From positions 28,867 through 92,866 of the IMG/VR virus record IMGVR_UViG_3300046531_000318: DNA of 64,000 nucleotides; one strand, 5' to 3'. Under the pieces are notes generated by a model, which did not search any database, was not told the DNA's origin, and saw only the letters and a program-made list of their open reading frames with translations. Shown piece after piece: positions 1 through 9,175 of the stretch (the first letter of the stretch is position 1; each line of letters starts with the position of its first letter). Position numbers and translations under genes: made by a program. Source of the stretch: a virus. Its lineage: Duplodnaviria > Caudoviricetes.

Positions 1-36
1 CAGGATGCGGTTGTTGCTGCCAAGTAAGGGGCTGCC

Positions 37-414
37 ATGAAACGTTTTGTCTTGTTGCTCACCCTCTCTGCGGCTTGCGGCGCTGCCGTAGCTGCTGACG
101 CGGGCGTGGTGAATGGTGGCCTTCCTCCCGGCTTCCCGCCGACGATCCGCGTGCTGAATGTTCCGCTTGGCTCGGGCGTCCCTTCGGTTGGGGCGACGTC
201 CGGTTACAGCGTCGCGGAGCACGTCCGTGACGGCCTGTATCACGTCCCGGGCTATCTTCCCTTCGACCCGACCGCCGAACCCGTTCCTGCGCGCGTTGTT
301 CCCCTGCGATGCACGGGTTCTCCCGGTTCAGAGTGGGTCTGCGATGGCTACTCGATCCATCCCGGGATATCGCGCGGGGAGAACATCCTGATTCAGCCGG
401 TCCTCTCCAAGTAG
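37..414 (+). CDS. Secreted hypothetical protein (moron-like)
   Basis: Signal peptide MKRFVLLLTLSAACGAAVA-A, AAGGGG RBS, followed by its own terminator. Confidence 0.6.
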   Translation: MKRFVLLLTLSAACGAAVAADAGVVNGGLPPGFPPTIRVLNVPLGSGVPSVGATSGYSVAEHVRDGLYHVPGYLPFDPTAEPVPARVVPLRCTGSPGSEWVCDGYSIHPGISRGENILIQPVLSK

Positions 415-418
415 TTCA

Positions 419-444
419 AGCCAGCCGCGCGCTGGCTTTTTTTT
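419..444 (+). terminator. Rho-independent terminator
   Basis: AGCCAGC-CGC-GCTGGCT hairpin followed by a T run directly after the stop codon. Confidence 0.75.
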
Positions 445-532
445 CGGCTTGCTCCGAAAAGAGTTTTATCAGTTGGTGCATAGTTCCCGGGGCGATGCAA
501 ACATGGGCTTCCTCAATCGAACGGAGATGTTC

Positions 533-772
533 ATGAACGATGTTGAAATGAAGGCCTGGGATAACGTCTGCGACAACACGCCTGCTGAAGAAGGCGCACG
601 CTTTGACGCGGTCGCGCTGGTGGTTGCGGCCGGCGTGCTTTACGACGCTGCTGTCCTGATGGTGCAGCGCTGGTCCCGCCAGGCAGGCCATCGCGTCGTT
701 GCTGTCGGCGACGACATGTGGACGTGGGACTTCGGTGGTCCCGACGGATATCCAGACGCTCTACCGGCTTAA
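533..772 (+). CDS. Hypothetical protein
   Basis: GGAGA RBS before ATG; fills the gap before the terminase promoter; start uncertain. Confidence 0.4.
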   Translation: MNDVEMKAWDNVCDNTPAEEGARFDAVALVVAAGVLYDAAVLMVQRWSRQAGHRVVAVGDDMWTWDFGGPDGYPDALPA

Positions 773-816
773 CGCGCCACTCGAACGCCAGCCTCGCGCT
801 GGCGTTTTGCATTCTG

Positions 817-832
817 GTCGTGACGCCATGCT
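817..832 (+). promoter_or_regulatory. Putative phage late promoter (GTCGTGACGC-CATGCT) for terminase
   Basis: Copy of a 13x motif found upstream of late genes. Confidence 0.75.
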
Positions 833-874
833 GAATCGCAGGTTTATCAATCGATTTAGCGAGGCAATACCGGC

Positions 875-3490
875 GTGCAGGAATTTGAAATTGACCTACC
901 CGAACTGTTCCCGGCCCAAGAGCAGATTCTGGAAAGCGCCGCACGTTTTAACGTCGTTCACGGGGGCGCACAATCGGGGCTGAGCGCGCTCGCCATCGAT
1001 GTGCTGCTCATGTCCCGCCTCGGGGCCGTCAACGGCTACCACACCGCTTTCCTGCTGCCGGATGAGGATGCGGTCGTCAAGGCGAAGCGTCGCGTCTTTT
1101 CCGTCATTCACCCACTCGTCATTGGCCGTCCCGATCGGCCGCGCGTTGACCTCGTCACCGGCGGCTCTATCCGGTTTGCGGCGCTCAATGACCCGTCTCT
1201 CCAGTTGTGGGACCAGCTGTCGCTGATCGTCGTGGACGATGCGGCGCAGGTGCCGCGCCTCGAGCCGCTGTGGTTCGACATGCTCGAGCCGCTGCTCGCA
1301 CAGTTCCGCGGCTCGGCGTGGTTCTTCTCGAAGCCCGCCGGCACGCGCAATGGCTTCGCGAACCTCGCCAGTCTCCAGAACTCGGATCCGCGCTGGGCGT
1401 CGCACAACCTGCGCACGTCGGACAACCCGTATTACGACCGCGCGAAGCTCGCCGAGGAGCGGGAGAAGTTCTCGACCGACGAGTTCGCGCAGGAGCGGGA
1501 TGGGCTGTTCATTGACACGGCGATCACGCTGTCCGCGAGCCAGCGCGTCGTCCGCTCGGGCGAGACCTTCCGCATGTGGTGCGAGCGCCTCGCGCGCGAA
1601 GGTCTGAAGGTCGATGGCAAGCCGTTCACGCTGGACGATCGGCCGGCGATGGCGTGGATCTACGATCAGGTGCCTAGCACCGAGGACGAAGCCTATCGCT
1701 ACGTGCTCGTTCTGATGAAGTGCGCGCAGGTGGGTTTCACGGTGATGGAGATCCTCGCGACGATCTACCTCGGTCTGCGCTTTGCGCCGTCGACCGTGAT
1801 CATGTTTCTGCCGGATATGAACCTCGCGGGCCTGAAGTCCACTGAGCGTTTTATGCCGGTGGTGCGCTCGGTGCCGCAGGTGCATGCGCTGATGACGCAG
1901 GACGACAAGAACGGGGCCGGCCGCAAGACGGGCGAGGGCAACGTCAACCGGCGCCGGATTGCCGAGTCGCTGTACGTGTTCTCGTGGACCTCCGGCCGCG
2001 CCACGACCGAGTCGATTCCTGCTGACGTTTTGTCCTTTGACGAAGTGCAGGAAATGACGCTCGAGCAGATGGAGAAGTCCGTCGAGCGTCTATCGGCATC
2101 TGCGGTGCGTTTCGCGCTCATGGGCTCGACGGCGAACTGGCCGGACTCAGACATTCACCACTGGTACAAGCGTGGCTCGATGTACCAGTTCCACACCGAG
2201 TGCCCGACTTGCGGCGCACGTAAGCCGCTTGACGATTATTTCCCTGATTGCATCAAGTTCGACCCTGCTCGCGACGCGTATCGCTACGTGTGCCCGAACG
2301 GGCATTGGATCGATGACACGCAGCGCGGCGTGTGGATCGCGGAGAATCCGGACGTCGACAAGCCGATCGATCCACGCATTCCCAAAAAAGACCGGCCGCT
2401 GCGCATCCGGTCGATTCACTTTCCGCAGTTCCTCTCGCCGACGATCTCCGCCGGCGAAATCATCGACGCCTACCGCTCTGCCACGGACATGAAGAACTTC
2501 TTCAACCGTAAGCGCGGGAAGCCATACACCGACCCGTCCCAGGTGCCCGTCACGCTCGAGCACTGCGCGGCATGCGTGGAGGCCGGCCGCATCGCCGGCA
2601 TCGTCTGGAAAACGCGCGCGCGCGGCACGTTCATGGGCATCGACCAGATGGGCCAGTTCAACGTGCACGTCATCAAGGAGCGGCTTCCGGACGGACGCCA
2701 GGCGACGATCCACATTGAGGAAACATACTCAACGGATCCGTTCGGCCGCTCATCCGAACTGATGGAGCAGTTCGGCGTCAGCGTGTGCGTGGTCGAAATC
2801 AACCCGAACTACAACGACGCGAAGAAGTTCGCCGCGCGTCACCCGGGCAAAGTGTTCATCTGTGACAGCTTCGGCTCGATGGTCGAGGGCATGATCCAGT
2901 GGGGCGATGGGCCAAAGCTCGACGCGTCCGACCGGCGCACGGACGAAGAGGCACGCGACCGCTACACGCTGCGCATGGACCAGTACAAATGCATGCAGGT
3001 GTCGATGGCGCGCATCGTGGAGCAGAAGTGCCTGTTCCCCGATCCGCAGGGGCTGGTGCAGGAAGTGAAGGACAAGGGCGTCACGCAACTCGCGGCTGTC
3101 GCGCCGCGCATGTTCCACCACTTCACCAAGACTGCGCTCGTCGCCGAGAAGGATCCCGAGACGAACAAGTACCGTCGCTCCGTGAAGAAGATCGGCATCG
3201 ACCCGCACTTCTCGTACGCAAACATGCTGTGCGACGTCGCGTGGTCGCGCGCGCACGGCACGTCGACGTTCATCTTTCCAGACGAAAAAGAGGCGGTTCC
3301 TGTGGTCGAGGCTCATGGCGCGATCGCGCAGGGTACGGTGTTGAATCGCGTCCTCGAGGAGACGGCCGCGATCGGTGATGGGCGGTGCGGGCGCTGCTCC
3401 GCGTTTGATCCGGAGCGCGGCTGGTGCGAATCACACGAAGTGCTGGTGCGAGCCAGCGATCTGGCCTGCGAGCTATACGACGAGGACTAA
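875..3490 (+). CDS. terL: Terminase large subunit, GpA-type, with an extra N-terminal degenerate terminase-ATPase domain
   Basis: KCAQVGFT motif, LSFDEV Walker B, CPTC..CPNGH zinc site, nuclease motifs MGID and DPHFSYA. The N-terminal ~215 aa carries a second terminase-like pattern (AQEQIL..RFNVVHGG..G, LIVVDDAA, SKPAG.RN.F, DNPY, FAQE). Confidence 0.9.
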   Translation: MQEFEIDLPELFPAQEQILESAARFNVVHGGAQSGLSALAIDVLLMSRLGAVNGYHTAFLLPDEDAVVKAKRRVFSVIHPLVIGRPDRPRVDLVTGGSIRFAALNDPSLQLWDQLSLIVVDDAAQVPRLEPLWFDMLEPLLAQFRGSAWFFSKPAGTRNGFANLASLQNSDPRWASHNLRTSDNPYYDRAKLAEEREKFSTDEFAQERDGLFIDTAITLSASQRVVRSGETFRMWCERLAREGLKVDGKPFTLDDRPAMAWIYDQVPSTEDEAYRYVLVLMKCAQVGFTVMEILATIYLGLRFAPSTVIMFLPDMNLAGLKSTERFMPVVRSVPQVHALMTQDDKNGAGRKTGEGNVNRRRIAESLYVFSWTSGRATTESIPADVLSFDEVQEMTLEQMEKSVERLSASAVRFALMGSTANWPDSDIHHWYKRGSMYQFHTECPTCGARKPLDDYFPDCIKFDPARDAYRYVCPNGHWIDDTQRGVWIAENPDVDKPIDPRIPKKDRPLRIRSIHFPQFLSPTISAGEIIDAYRSATDMKNFFNRKRGKPYTDPSQVPVTLEHCAACVEAGRIAGIVWKTRARGTFMGIDQMGQFNVHVIKERLPDGRQATIHIEETYSTDPFGRSSELMEQFGVSVCVVEINPNYNDAKKFAARHPGKVFICDSFGSMVEGMIQWGDGPKLDASDRRTDEEARDRYTLRMDQYKCMQVSMARIVEQKCLFPDPQGLVQEVKDKGVTQLAAVAPRMFHHFTKTALVAEKDPETNKYRRSVKKIGIDPHFSYANMLCDVAWSRAHGTSTFIFPDEKEAVPVVEAHGAIAQGTVLNRVLEETAAIGDGRCGRCSAFDPERGWCESHEVLVRASDLACELYDED

Positions 3491-3867
3491 GCCAGCGCCG
3501 CAGCTGCAAGCACAATTGCGCGGCGCGTCGCGGCGTAGTCCTCGGGGATCAGTTCGCCTTCGTCAGTTCCGGATTGGACCTCGGGGAACGTGTCCTCATC
3601 AATCCCGGCGCCCGGCTTCGGTCGGGTGCAGTACGTCGCGCCTGCGTTGATGTGCTCGTTGGCGATGGTCAGTTGCAGCTTGACGGCCAGCCGCAGCGCC
3701 TGCCCATCGTGCTCGAGCGGGTTCCAGTAGCCGTCGACGTCGTCGTGGGCGAGGTAGAGGGCTGCCGTGTAGCCATAGCGGACCTCTAGCCACGATCCAT
3801 CCTCATAGTGACCGTCGCCATAGCCGGCCGCACGCGCCGCGCGCTCGAGCAGTTCTCGGTCTGTCAT
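3487..3867 (-). CDS. Hypothetical phage protein
   Basis: MTDRELLERAARAAG..WNPL..DGQALRLAVKL..ATRRAIV pattern common in betaproteobacterial phages; coupled to upstream gene. Confidence 0.7.
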   Translation of the reverse strand: MTDRELLERAARAAGYGDGHYEDGSWLEVRYGYTAALYLAHDDVDGYWNPLEHDGQALRLAVKLQLTIANEHINAGATYCTRPKPGAGIDEDTFPEVQSGTDEGELIPEDYAATRRAIVLAAAALA

Positions 3868-4238
3868 TCTGGCCTCGCTGGCGTGATCGTGATGGGCAGC
3901 TCGATCCACTTGAACGGCCGGTCAAATTTGATGGTCACGTTCAATTCCGCGCCGTCGCCGGCGGCTTGCGCTCCGCATCCGAAGTGGACCGCTGAAGCAG
4001 GCACCCATGCGCAGTTCGGTATCCGCTCGTCCAGCGTGGCGCCCAAAGCGCGAATGTCGGCGGCATAGACGCGCGCCTCGCTGTAGGCCGGCATGCTCTT
4101 GAGGTCATCGATGAAGCTCTCCGCTCGCTTTGCAATCGCTCGCCGGAGATCGGCCTCGCACGGCACCAGAGTTTCTTCAAGTGCGGCACGGATGGTTTCC
4201 TGAACGAATCTCAGCGCTTCTTCGGTCGATTGGGTCAT
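3864..4238 (-). CDS. Hypothetical protein
   Basis: AAGGA RBS, ATGA overlap with the next gene. Confidence 0.6.
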   Translation of the reverse strand: MTQSTEEALRFVQETIRAALEETLVPCEADLRRAIAKRAESFIDDLKSMPAYSEARVYAADIRALGATLDERIPNCAWVPASAVHFGCGAQAAGDGAELNVTIKFDRPFKWIELPITITPARPE

Positions 4239-4318
4239 TGCTTTCCTTCTCTCATGCTTAGGATGCTTCAAACGGCAGCGCGGCGCGCTCCTACCGACGC
4301 GCGCCGCGTTTTGATGGA

Positions 4319-6022
4319 TTACGACCAGTCGATGGTGCCCGGCGCCGGGCACGTCCACGATGCCTTCAGGCGTTCGCGCATCTCGGCGAGCGTCGTCGTG
4401 CGCAGCAGCTTTCCGTCACGGAAAACCGGCACCAGTTCGCCGCCGTCGAACTGCTCGAGCGTCTGCTGTTCGTGGAGCACGTAGTCGCTTCCTTCCTTCT
4501 CGACGCGCAGCAGCCCCTTCGCTGACTTCTTCGTGCCGTCGTCGGTGGCCGGGTCTTTGTAGATCGCCACCTGTTCGCCGCCAACCTCCGCGTAGACCGC
4601 CTTCATGGCCCAGCCGAACGTATCGCGCGAGAGCATGTTGTACGTGTACGAGCCGATGCCGAACACGACGTTGTTGGACGCGAAACCCTTCGCGACGAGG
4701 CGGTGCATGATGTCGCGGGCGCGCGGCAGGCTGATGCTGTCGCCGTAGATCAAGCCGACGCTGTCGTCCAGCACCTTGAATCCCTTCGTCGTCGTGGTGC
4801 CGCCATAAATGTCCCACAGGCACTCGACGGCGCCTTTACGCTCCGCTTCGGTGATGCGCGTGTCGGTGCCGTCGAGTACCAGGTACTTGCCATCGGTGAA
4901 CAGGTACGGCTGACCTTCTTCGTCGCAGGCGAGTTCGTCATCAAAGTATCCGGTCAGGATCTTCACTGGATCGCCCGAGTCCGGCCGAAACACCACCTTG
5001 CGCATGCCGAGCGCGTTCGGCGCGCGCGCGCGGATCTCATCCTTTAGATCGCGGGCCACTTTGGTGATGACCGCCCAAAAGTCGAACGAGTCGGCGACGA
5101 TCGATACCATGCCGGTCGGGTAGTCCTGAGTCACCAGTTCGCGGATGACCTCGCACTCCGCCAGGCGGCGCAGCGCCTTTTCCTCGAGGCCTTCATTGCC
5201 CGGCGCACGTGCGAGGCGCTGCTGCGTGAGCAGGATGCGCAGCGTCATCACGCTGTGCTCCGTGGCCGGGATGGAGCCGCCGACCAGTTCCGTGTCCGCG
5301 TTAGCGCCGTAGAAGTCCTCGGCGTAGTCGATGGCCGGGATCGTGTCGGTGCCGGTGAAGGACAGCAGGTGGCCCGCGCCGCAGCGCATCGCGTCGTGCA
5401 CGCCGCTCATGCCGCGCATCGAGAAGTCGTGGCCCTGCCAGTCGATGAATTCCTTCGGTGCGCCGGTCACCTCTGCGAAGTAGGTCAGGAGCTTGCGGAA
5501 CTCAAACGCGAGCGTCGCCACGGTCGACGGCTTCCAGTTCTCGCAGCTGAAGATCGTTTCGAAGTAGGTAGCGAGCCACGGGAATTCCGGGTGCGTGTTG
5601 ATGAACACCACCGGCGGAACCTTGATGTTCACGCGGGCGCCTTCCGGCAGCGCGCGGATCTCGAGCGGCAGGTACCCGAGGTCGTGGAGCGCCTCGAGCT
5701 TGTCGGTCGACACGGCGTCCTGTCCGAGTGCCGTATCCATGCGGCGCTTGAACTTGTGCACTGCGGGCTTGGTGCCGACGCCGAAAAACTCGCGGTTAAA
5801 CAGCCCGATCAGGTACTCGCTGATGAAGCCCTGGAGGCCGAACCAGACCACTTTGCCGTCGAACAATTGCGGCAGGACCGGTGCGTACTTCGCGCTGCGC
5901 GGCGTGAAGTTGGCGACGAGCTTCGTCGTCTCTGCTGGGTAAAGTCCCGGATGCGAAGTCTTATAAAAATCTGCAAGATTGAAAGGAACCAGGCCATTCT
6001 TTACGCCGTACGGTGCATTCAT
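4319..6022 (-). CDS. nadV: Nicotinamide phosphoribosyltransferase family protein (Namat-like, NARP1)
   Basis: DFYKTSH, HDFSMRG, GTDT, SIPATEHSVM, VADSFD, RPDSGDP, IYGDSI, GIGSYTY, RDTFG.A.K, K.SAKG motifs. Confidence 0.93.
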   Translation of the reverse strand: MNAPYGVKNGLVPFNLADFYKTSHPGLYPAETTKLVANFTPRSAKYAPVLPQLFDGKVVWFGLQGFISEYLIGLFNREFFGVGTKPAVHKFKRRMDTALGQDAVSTDKLEALHDLGYLPLEIRALPEGARVNIKVPPVVFINTHPEFPWLATYFETIFSCENWKPSTVATLAFEFRKLLTYFAEVTGAPKEFIDWQGHDFSMRGMSGVHDAMRCGAGHLLSFTGTDTIPAIDYAEDFYGANADTELVGGSIPATEHSVMTLRILLTQQRLARAPGNEGLEEKALRRLAECEVIRELVTQDYPTGMVSIVADSFDFWAVITKVARDLKDEIRARAPNALGMRKVVFRPDSGDPVKILTGYFDDELACDEEGQPYLFTDGKYLVLDGTDTRITEAERKGAVECLWDIYGGTTTTKGFKVLDDSVGLIYGDSISLPRARDIMHRLVAKGFASNNVVFGIGSYTYNMLSRDTFGWAMKAVYAEVGGEQVAIYKDPATDDGTKKSAKGLLRVEKEGSDYVLHEQQTLEQFDGGELVPVFRDGKLLRTTTLAEMRERLKASWTCPAPGTIDWS

Positions 6023-6945
6023 TGTGATTTTCCTTCTGTTGTTAAATTAGGTTTTTTCTTCCGGATGGGAGGAGCGCAGACGTGCCGCCCCCTGCTCGCG
6101 AGCATCAACTTCTCAATCGCAGGCGCGGTTCCTAGCCGGAAAGTAACCAAGGTTTCGTTGTGCCATGCGGTCACTCTCCGGCCTGTGCAACAGGCGCTTA
6201 TCGCTTTGAAATGCACGCCTGTCTCATCCATTGCTGTTCTGGCATTTACATATGTGCCGAGCAATCGCCCATCTATGGAGTACATAGAAACTTGCTTGCT
6301 CAGGCGCTCGACGTTGTCGGGACGGATCGATCCTAGCTTTGCTGCTCTGATCTTGTCGCCGAAACCTTCCGGTTTTGGCTTGCCCAGGTGAACTTGCCGT
6401 AGCTTTTCGCGGGTTTCCTCCGTTATCAGTCTCGGGTTTTCGGCTCGAGTTTTCGCGATCCTCGCCAATACCTCAGGGCTATGCTTCCTGCCGATGGCTC
6501 TGATCCGCAGCTTCGCCTTGTGCTCTGGTGTCAAAGGGCGACCTCGCGCTGAGGAGGCGCGCTTTTCCACCGCCTGTTTGCTCCGCGCGCGATAGCTCAG
6601 TGAACCACCACCTTCCGTGATGTTTGTTAAGACGCCAGAACCGTTAGCAGTTCTTCCCCATCGTGCGATAAGAGCCATCTCAAGGTCGAACGCCTCATTC
6701 TTTGTAAGCCCGTCGCGCACGAACATCAGAAACGCATCGCGCCCGGTAGCTTCTCTGATCTTCTTTACTTTCCGGGCCTTGTGCGGGTTGTAAAGATTCT
6801 CGTAGACGCCGCAAGTGAAGTGCTTGAACGCTCGACGGTCTTTGCCCATGCCAACGTAAAACGGCTCATAGGGGACACCTCTGCCGTCATTTAGCGGCTT
6901 TCGCGGGTCACACAGCATGTAGACGTAGAACAGCGCGTGGGTCAT
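6019..6945 (-). CDS. Free-standing GIY-YIG homing endonuclease with NUMOD3/NUMOD1 DNA-binding repeats
   Basis: YVYML.DPR..PFYVGMG...R, LEMALI, LTN..GG; repeats LTPEHKAKL, HSPEV, TEETREKL; C-terminal NUMOD1-like V..YSIDG..L..Y..A..I..CC; visibly lower GC. Confidence 0.85.
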   Translation of the reverse strand: MTHALFYVYMLCDPRKPLNDGRGVPYEPFYVGMGKDRRAFKHFTCGVYENLYNPHKARKVKKIREATGRDAFLMFVRDGLTKNEAFDLEMALIARWGRTANGSGVLTNITEGGGSLSYRARSKQAVEKRASSARGRPLTPEHKAKLRIRAIGRKHSPEVLARIAKTRAENPRLITEETREKLRQVHLGKPKPEGFGDKIRAAKLGSIRPDNVERLSKQVSMYSIDGRLLGTYVNARTAMDETGVHFKAISACCTGRRVTAWHNETLVTFRLGTAPAIEKLMLASRGRHVCAPPIRKKKPNLTTEGKSQ

Positions 6946-6969
6946 GGCGTGGCACTAGAATTTGGACGT

Positions 6970-7788
6970 TCAAACGATTACGCAGCGGCTGTCGTCAGTC
7001 CAGTTATTTCTCGTGAATACTCGGTCGTAGCACTCGAGCAGCGGGTCGAGTCCTTTGCTGAAGATGCCGTGCGTGACGTACAGGTAGATGGGATGCATGT
7101 AGTTCTGCTCGCGGATCGCTGCGGCCAGTTCGATGAACGTCCGGCCGCCGTCGCAGATGTCGTCCACCACCAGCAGCGGGCCGCCAGGCAGTTCCGACTG
7201 GATCTCGGTGCCGGTGATGTGGCCGGTTCGCGTGTCGCGCACCTTGTCGGCGTACACGACGTCACAGCCAGTTTCCTTGGCCAGCTTGAGAACGCGTTTG
7301 CGGGCGCCGGCGTCGGGCGCCACCATCGTCGGTTGCTGGCGCGCGATGAGGAAAATCTGCCCGACGACTTCGCGCAGCGCCGGCAGCGGATCTTGGATCT
7401 GGACACGGTCCAGCAGCGCTGTGACGACGTCGCTGTGGGGGTCTTGGATGCCTACCAATGCATAGTTTTGCGCGTTGATAAGTTGGCAAAAAACCTTGAC
7501 GCTGTGTGCTTCGCCCGGGTTCGCGACGCGGTCCTGCCGTGCGTACGGGACGTATGGCATGTCGAGAACAATGGGCCTGCCGGGATACGCCTGCCGCACT
7601 GCATCGGTGACCATGAGCAGCGTCATAACCTCTGCGGAGTCGCTCAGATGGGCGCGCACGAGAACGTCATCAACGCCATCCACACCAGCTTCGACTGACG
7701 CATGGATCTCGCCGCCTGGGAACGTTAGGGTTTTCAGCTCAAGCGGACGCTGCGAGCCATTTCTATTGAGGGCCGACAAATGAATCAT
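6970..7788 (-). CDS. prs: Ribose-phosphate pyrophosphokinase-like protein (Adps-like, NARP1)
   Basis: FPGGE, MPYVPYARQDR, DPHS, VAPDAGA, K.RD..TG.I, VVDDICDGGRTF, YVTHGIFSKG. Confidence 0.92.
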   Translation of the reverse strand: MIHLSALNRNGSQRPLELKTLTFPGGEIHASVEAGVDGVDDVLVRAHLSDSAEVMTLLMVTDAVRQAYPGRPIVLDMPYVPYARQDRVANPGEAHSVKVFCQLINAQNYALVGIQDPHSDVVTALLDRVQIQDPLPALREVVGQIFLIARQQPTMVAPDAGARKRVLKLAKETGCDVVYADKVRDTRTGHITGTEIQSELPGGPLLVVDDICDGGRTFIELAAAIREQNYMHPIYLYVTHGIFSKGLDPLLECYDRVFTRNNWTDDSRCVIV

Positions 7789-8006
7789 TGTTTTTCTTCC
7801 AGCGGGTTGTAATCCGGGTGAAGCCCGGTCTTGATGAGGAACAACTCAAATCTCGCGGCATCGATCCTGCGGGTGCCGCGCTCGTATTCGGACCACCGCG
7901 AGCCGCTGGCAAGATGCACCAGCGTCGCGGCCTTGGACTGGCTCACGCGCGCGGCGCGGCGTAGGGCGCGGATCTCGTCACAGGTCGGGGTCTGCAATTT
8001 CTTCAA
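7785..8006 (-). CDS. Small XRE-type HTH protein
   Basis: IRALRRAARVSQSKAA.LV....WSEYERG.R.I. Confidence 0.8.
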   Translation of the reverse strand: MKKLQTPTCDEIRALRRAARVSQSKAATLVHLASGSRWSEYERGTRRIDAARFELFLIKTGLHPDYNPLEEKQ

Positions 8007-8416
8007 AACAGTTCGCCTTGCTCGGTGAGCGGTGGTGACCAGGTAATGCCGCGCTCGCGCTCAATGCGGCGCCGCGCGTTCTCGCGCACGGCGTGCTTCA
8101 GGCGCTCAGCCTCACTTTGTTCAATCGGTTGCGTCATCAGGTCCGTCGAGCCGGCATGCTCGGGGCAGTAATCACGGCTGTCGAACCCGCCTAAAGGCTT
8201 GCTCGCCTTGATGTGGATCCAGCCGCGGTATTCGGCGTGGCCACGGCACAGCGGCATGTCGCAGGTGTACGGTGCTGCGAGCGCGCGGATCCTTTTCTCC
8301 TTGCGGTCGATGCCAGTCACTCGCGCGCCGATCGGCCAGCCGAACGTGAAATCACACAACAGCGTCGCGGGCTCATTGCAATAGAAGCAGCGGTGTTGCG
8401 GCTTTGGCATCACCAT
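8003..8416 (-). CDS. Cys-rich (zinc-binding) hypothetical protein
   Basis: CFYC..ATLLCD..TCDMPLC..H..DYCPEH; C-terminal QGELF. Confidence 0.7.
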   Translation of the reverse strand: MVMPKPQHRCFYCNEPATLLCDFTFGWPIGARVTGIDRKEKRIRALAAPYTCDMPLCRGHAEYRGWIHIKASKPLGGFDSRDYCPEHAGSTDLMTQPIEQSEAERLKHAVRENARRRIERERGITWSPPLTEQGELF

Positions 8417-8820
8417 TCGCCGGCGAGCCCGTTCAGCTTCAACAGCACAAATCGGACGTTCGCCGTGCTCGAGTCGCGGTAGATGCCGCGCGCGATCGCG
8501 CCGACCAGGTACAGCAGGTAAAGCCGCTGCGTTTCGCGCGTCCACGCGTCTAGCTGGCCTTTAGCCTTGGCATCGGGCATGGGCGGCACCGGCGCGCAGC
8601 TGGGCCGCAGCTTTTCCGGTATCGCTGCGATCGCCGCGGCATGTTCGGCGCGCGCCGCACTGTGGTCCGGCTCGGGTTCGGCCGCTTTCTTGGCCTTCTG
8701 CGGCGCGGCGGCCGGCGGCGGCGCTGCGTCGAACATGTCGAGCGTGCGCGGGCAGCGCTCGAGCGGCGCAGGCGGCGGCGCTTGAACCTCTGGCGCTCCG
8801 CCGAACATATCAAGCTGCAT
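8410..8820 (-). CDS. Hypothetical protein with tandem QLDMF/TLDMF motifs
   Basis: GGAGG RBS, operon-coupled. Confidence 0.65.
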   Translation of the reverse strand: MQLDMFGGAPEVQAPPPAPLERCPRTLDMFDAAPPPAAAPQKAKKAAEPEPDHSAARAEHAAAIAAIPEKLRPSCAPVPPMPDAKAKGQLDAWTRETQRLYLLYLVGAIARGIYRDSSTANVRFVLLKLNGLAGEW

Positions 8821-9175
8821 CGGGCACCTCCGTGCCGAACCTGCCATGCACAAAGGCCCGCATGGCACTCTCCAGTGGTGTGCTGCCGTCCATTGCGCCG
8901 AAGGCGTTAAGGCACCGCACGGGGCCGACTACGTCGGTTTGCATGAAGACGTAGCCTTGATTGAGTAGTCGGCCGAGGATCGGGCCGCCGTCTGCCCATG
9001 ACGACGACGGTTCGAACGTGCGGTAGCGGGTAATCGGGCCTTCGTCGTCCTCGCTCTCGTACGGCACCATGACAAAGCCAGGCGCCATTTCTCGCATGGC
9101 GCGCGGGTGTTCGATGCCTTCGGCTTTCGCGACCCAATAGTCGAGCAGGGCGCCGCTGAGTTCGGCAACCTTCAT
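8810..9175 (-). CDS. NinX/DUF2591 family phage protein
   Basis: ELSG..LDYWVAKAEG..F.PS.SW..GGPI..G.TPL.AMR. Confidence 0.75.
   Translation of the reverse strand: MKVAELSGALLDYWVAKAEGIEHPRAMREMAPGFVMVPYESEDDEGPITRYRTFEPSSSWADGGPILGRLLNQGYVFMQTDVVGPVRCLNAFGAMDGSTPLESAMRAFVHGRFGTEVPDAA

Noticed and set aside
875-3490. Intein explaining the long terminase
   Set aside because: No C/S...HN-C/S/T splice junctions or LAGLIDADG blocks seen; the extra length is an N-terminal domain.
6019-6970. Group I intron carrying the endonuclease
   Set aside because: Both flanking genes are intact and the endonuclease abuts them (4-bp overlap and 24-bp gap), leaving no room for a ribozyme core.
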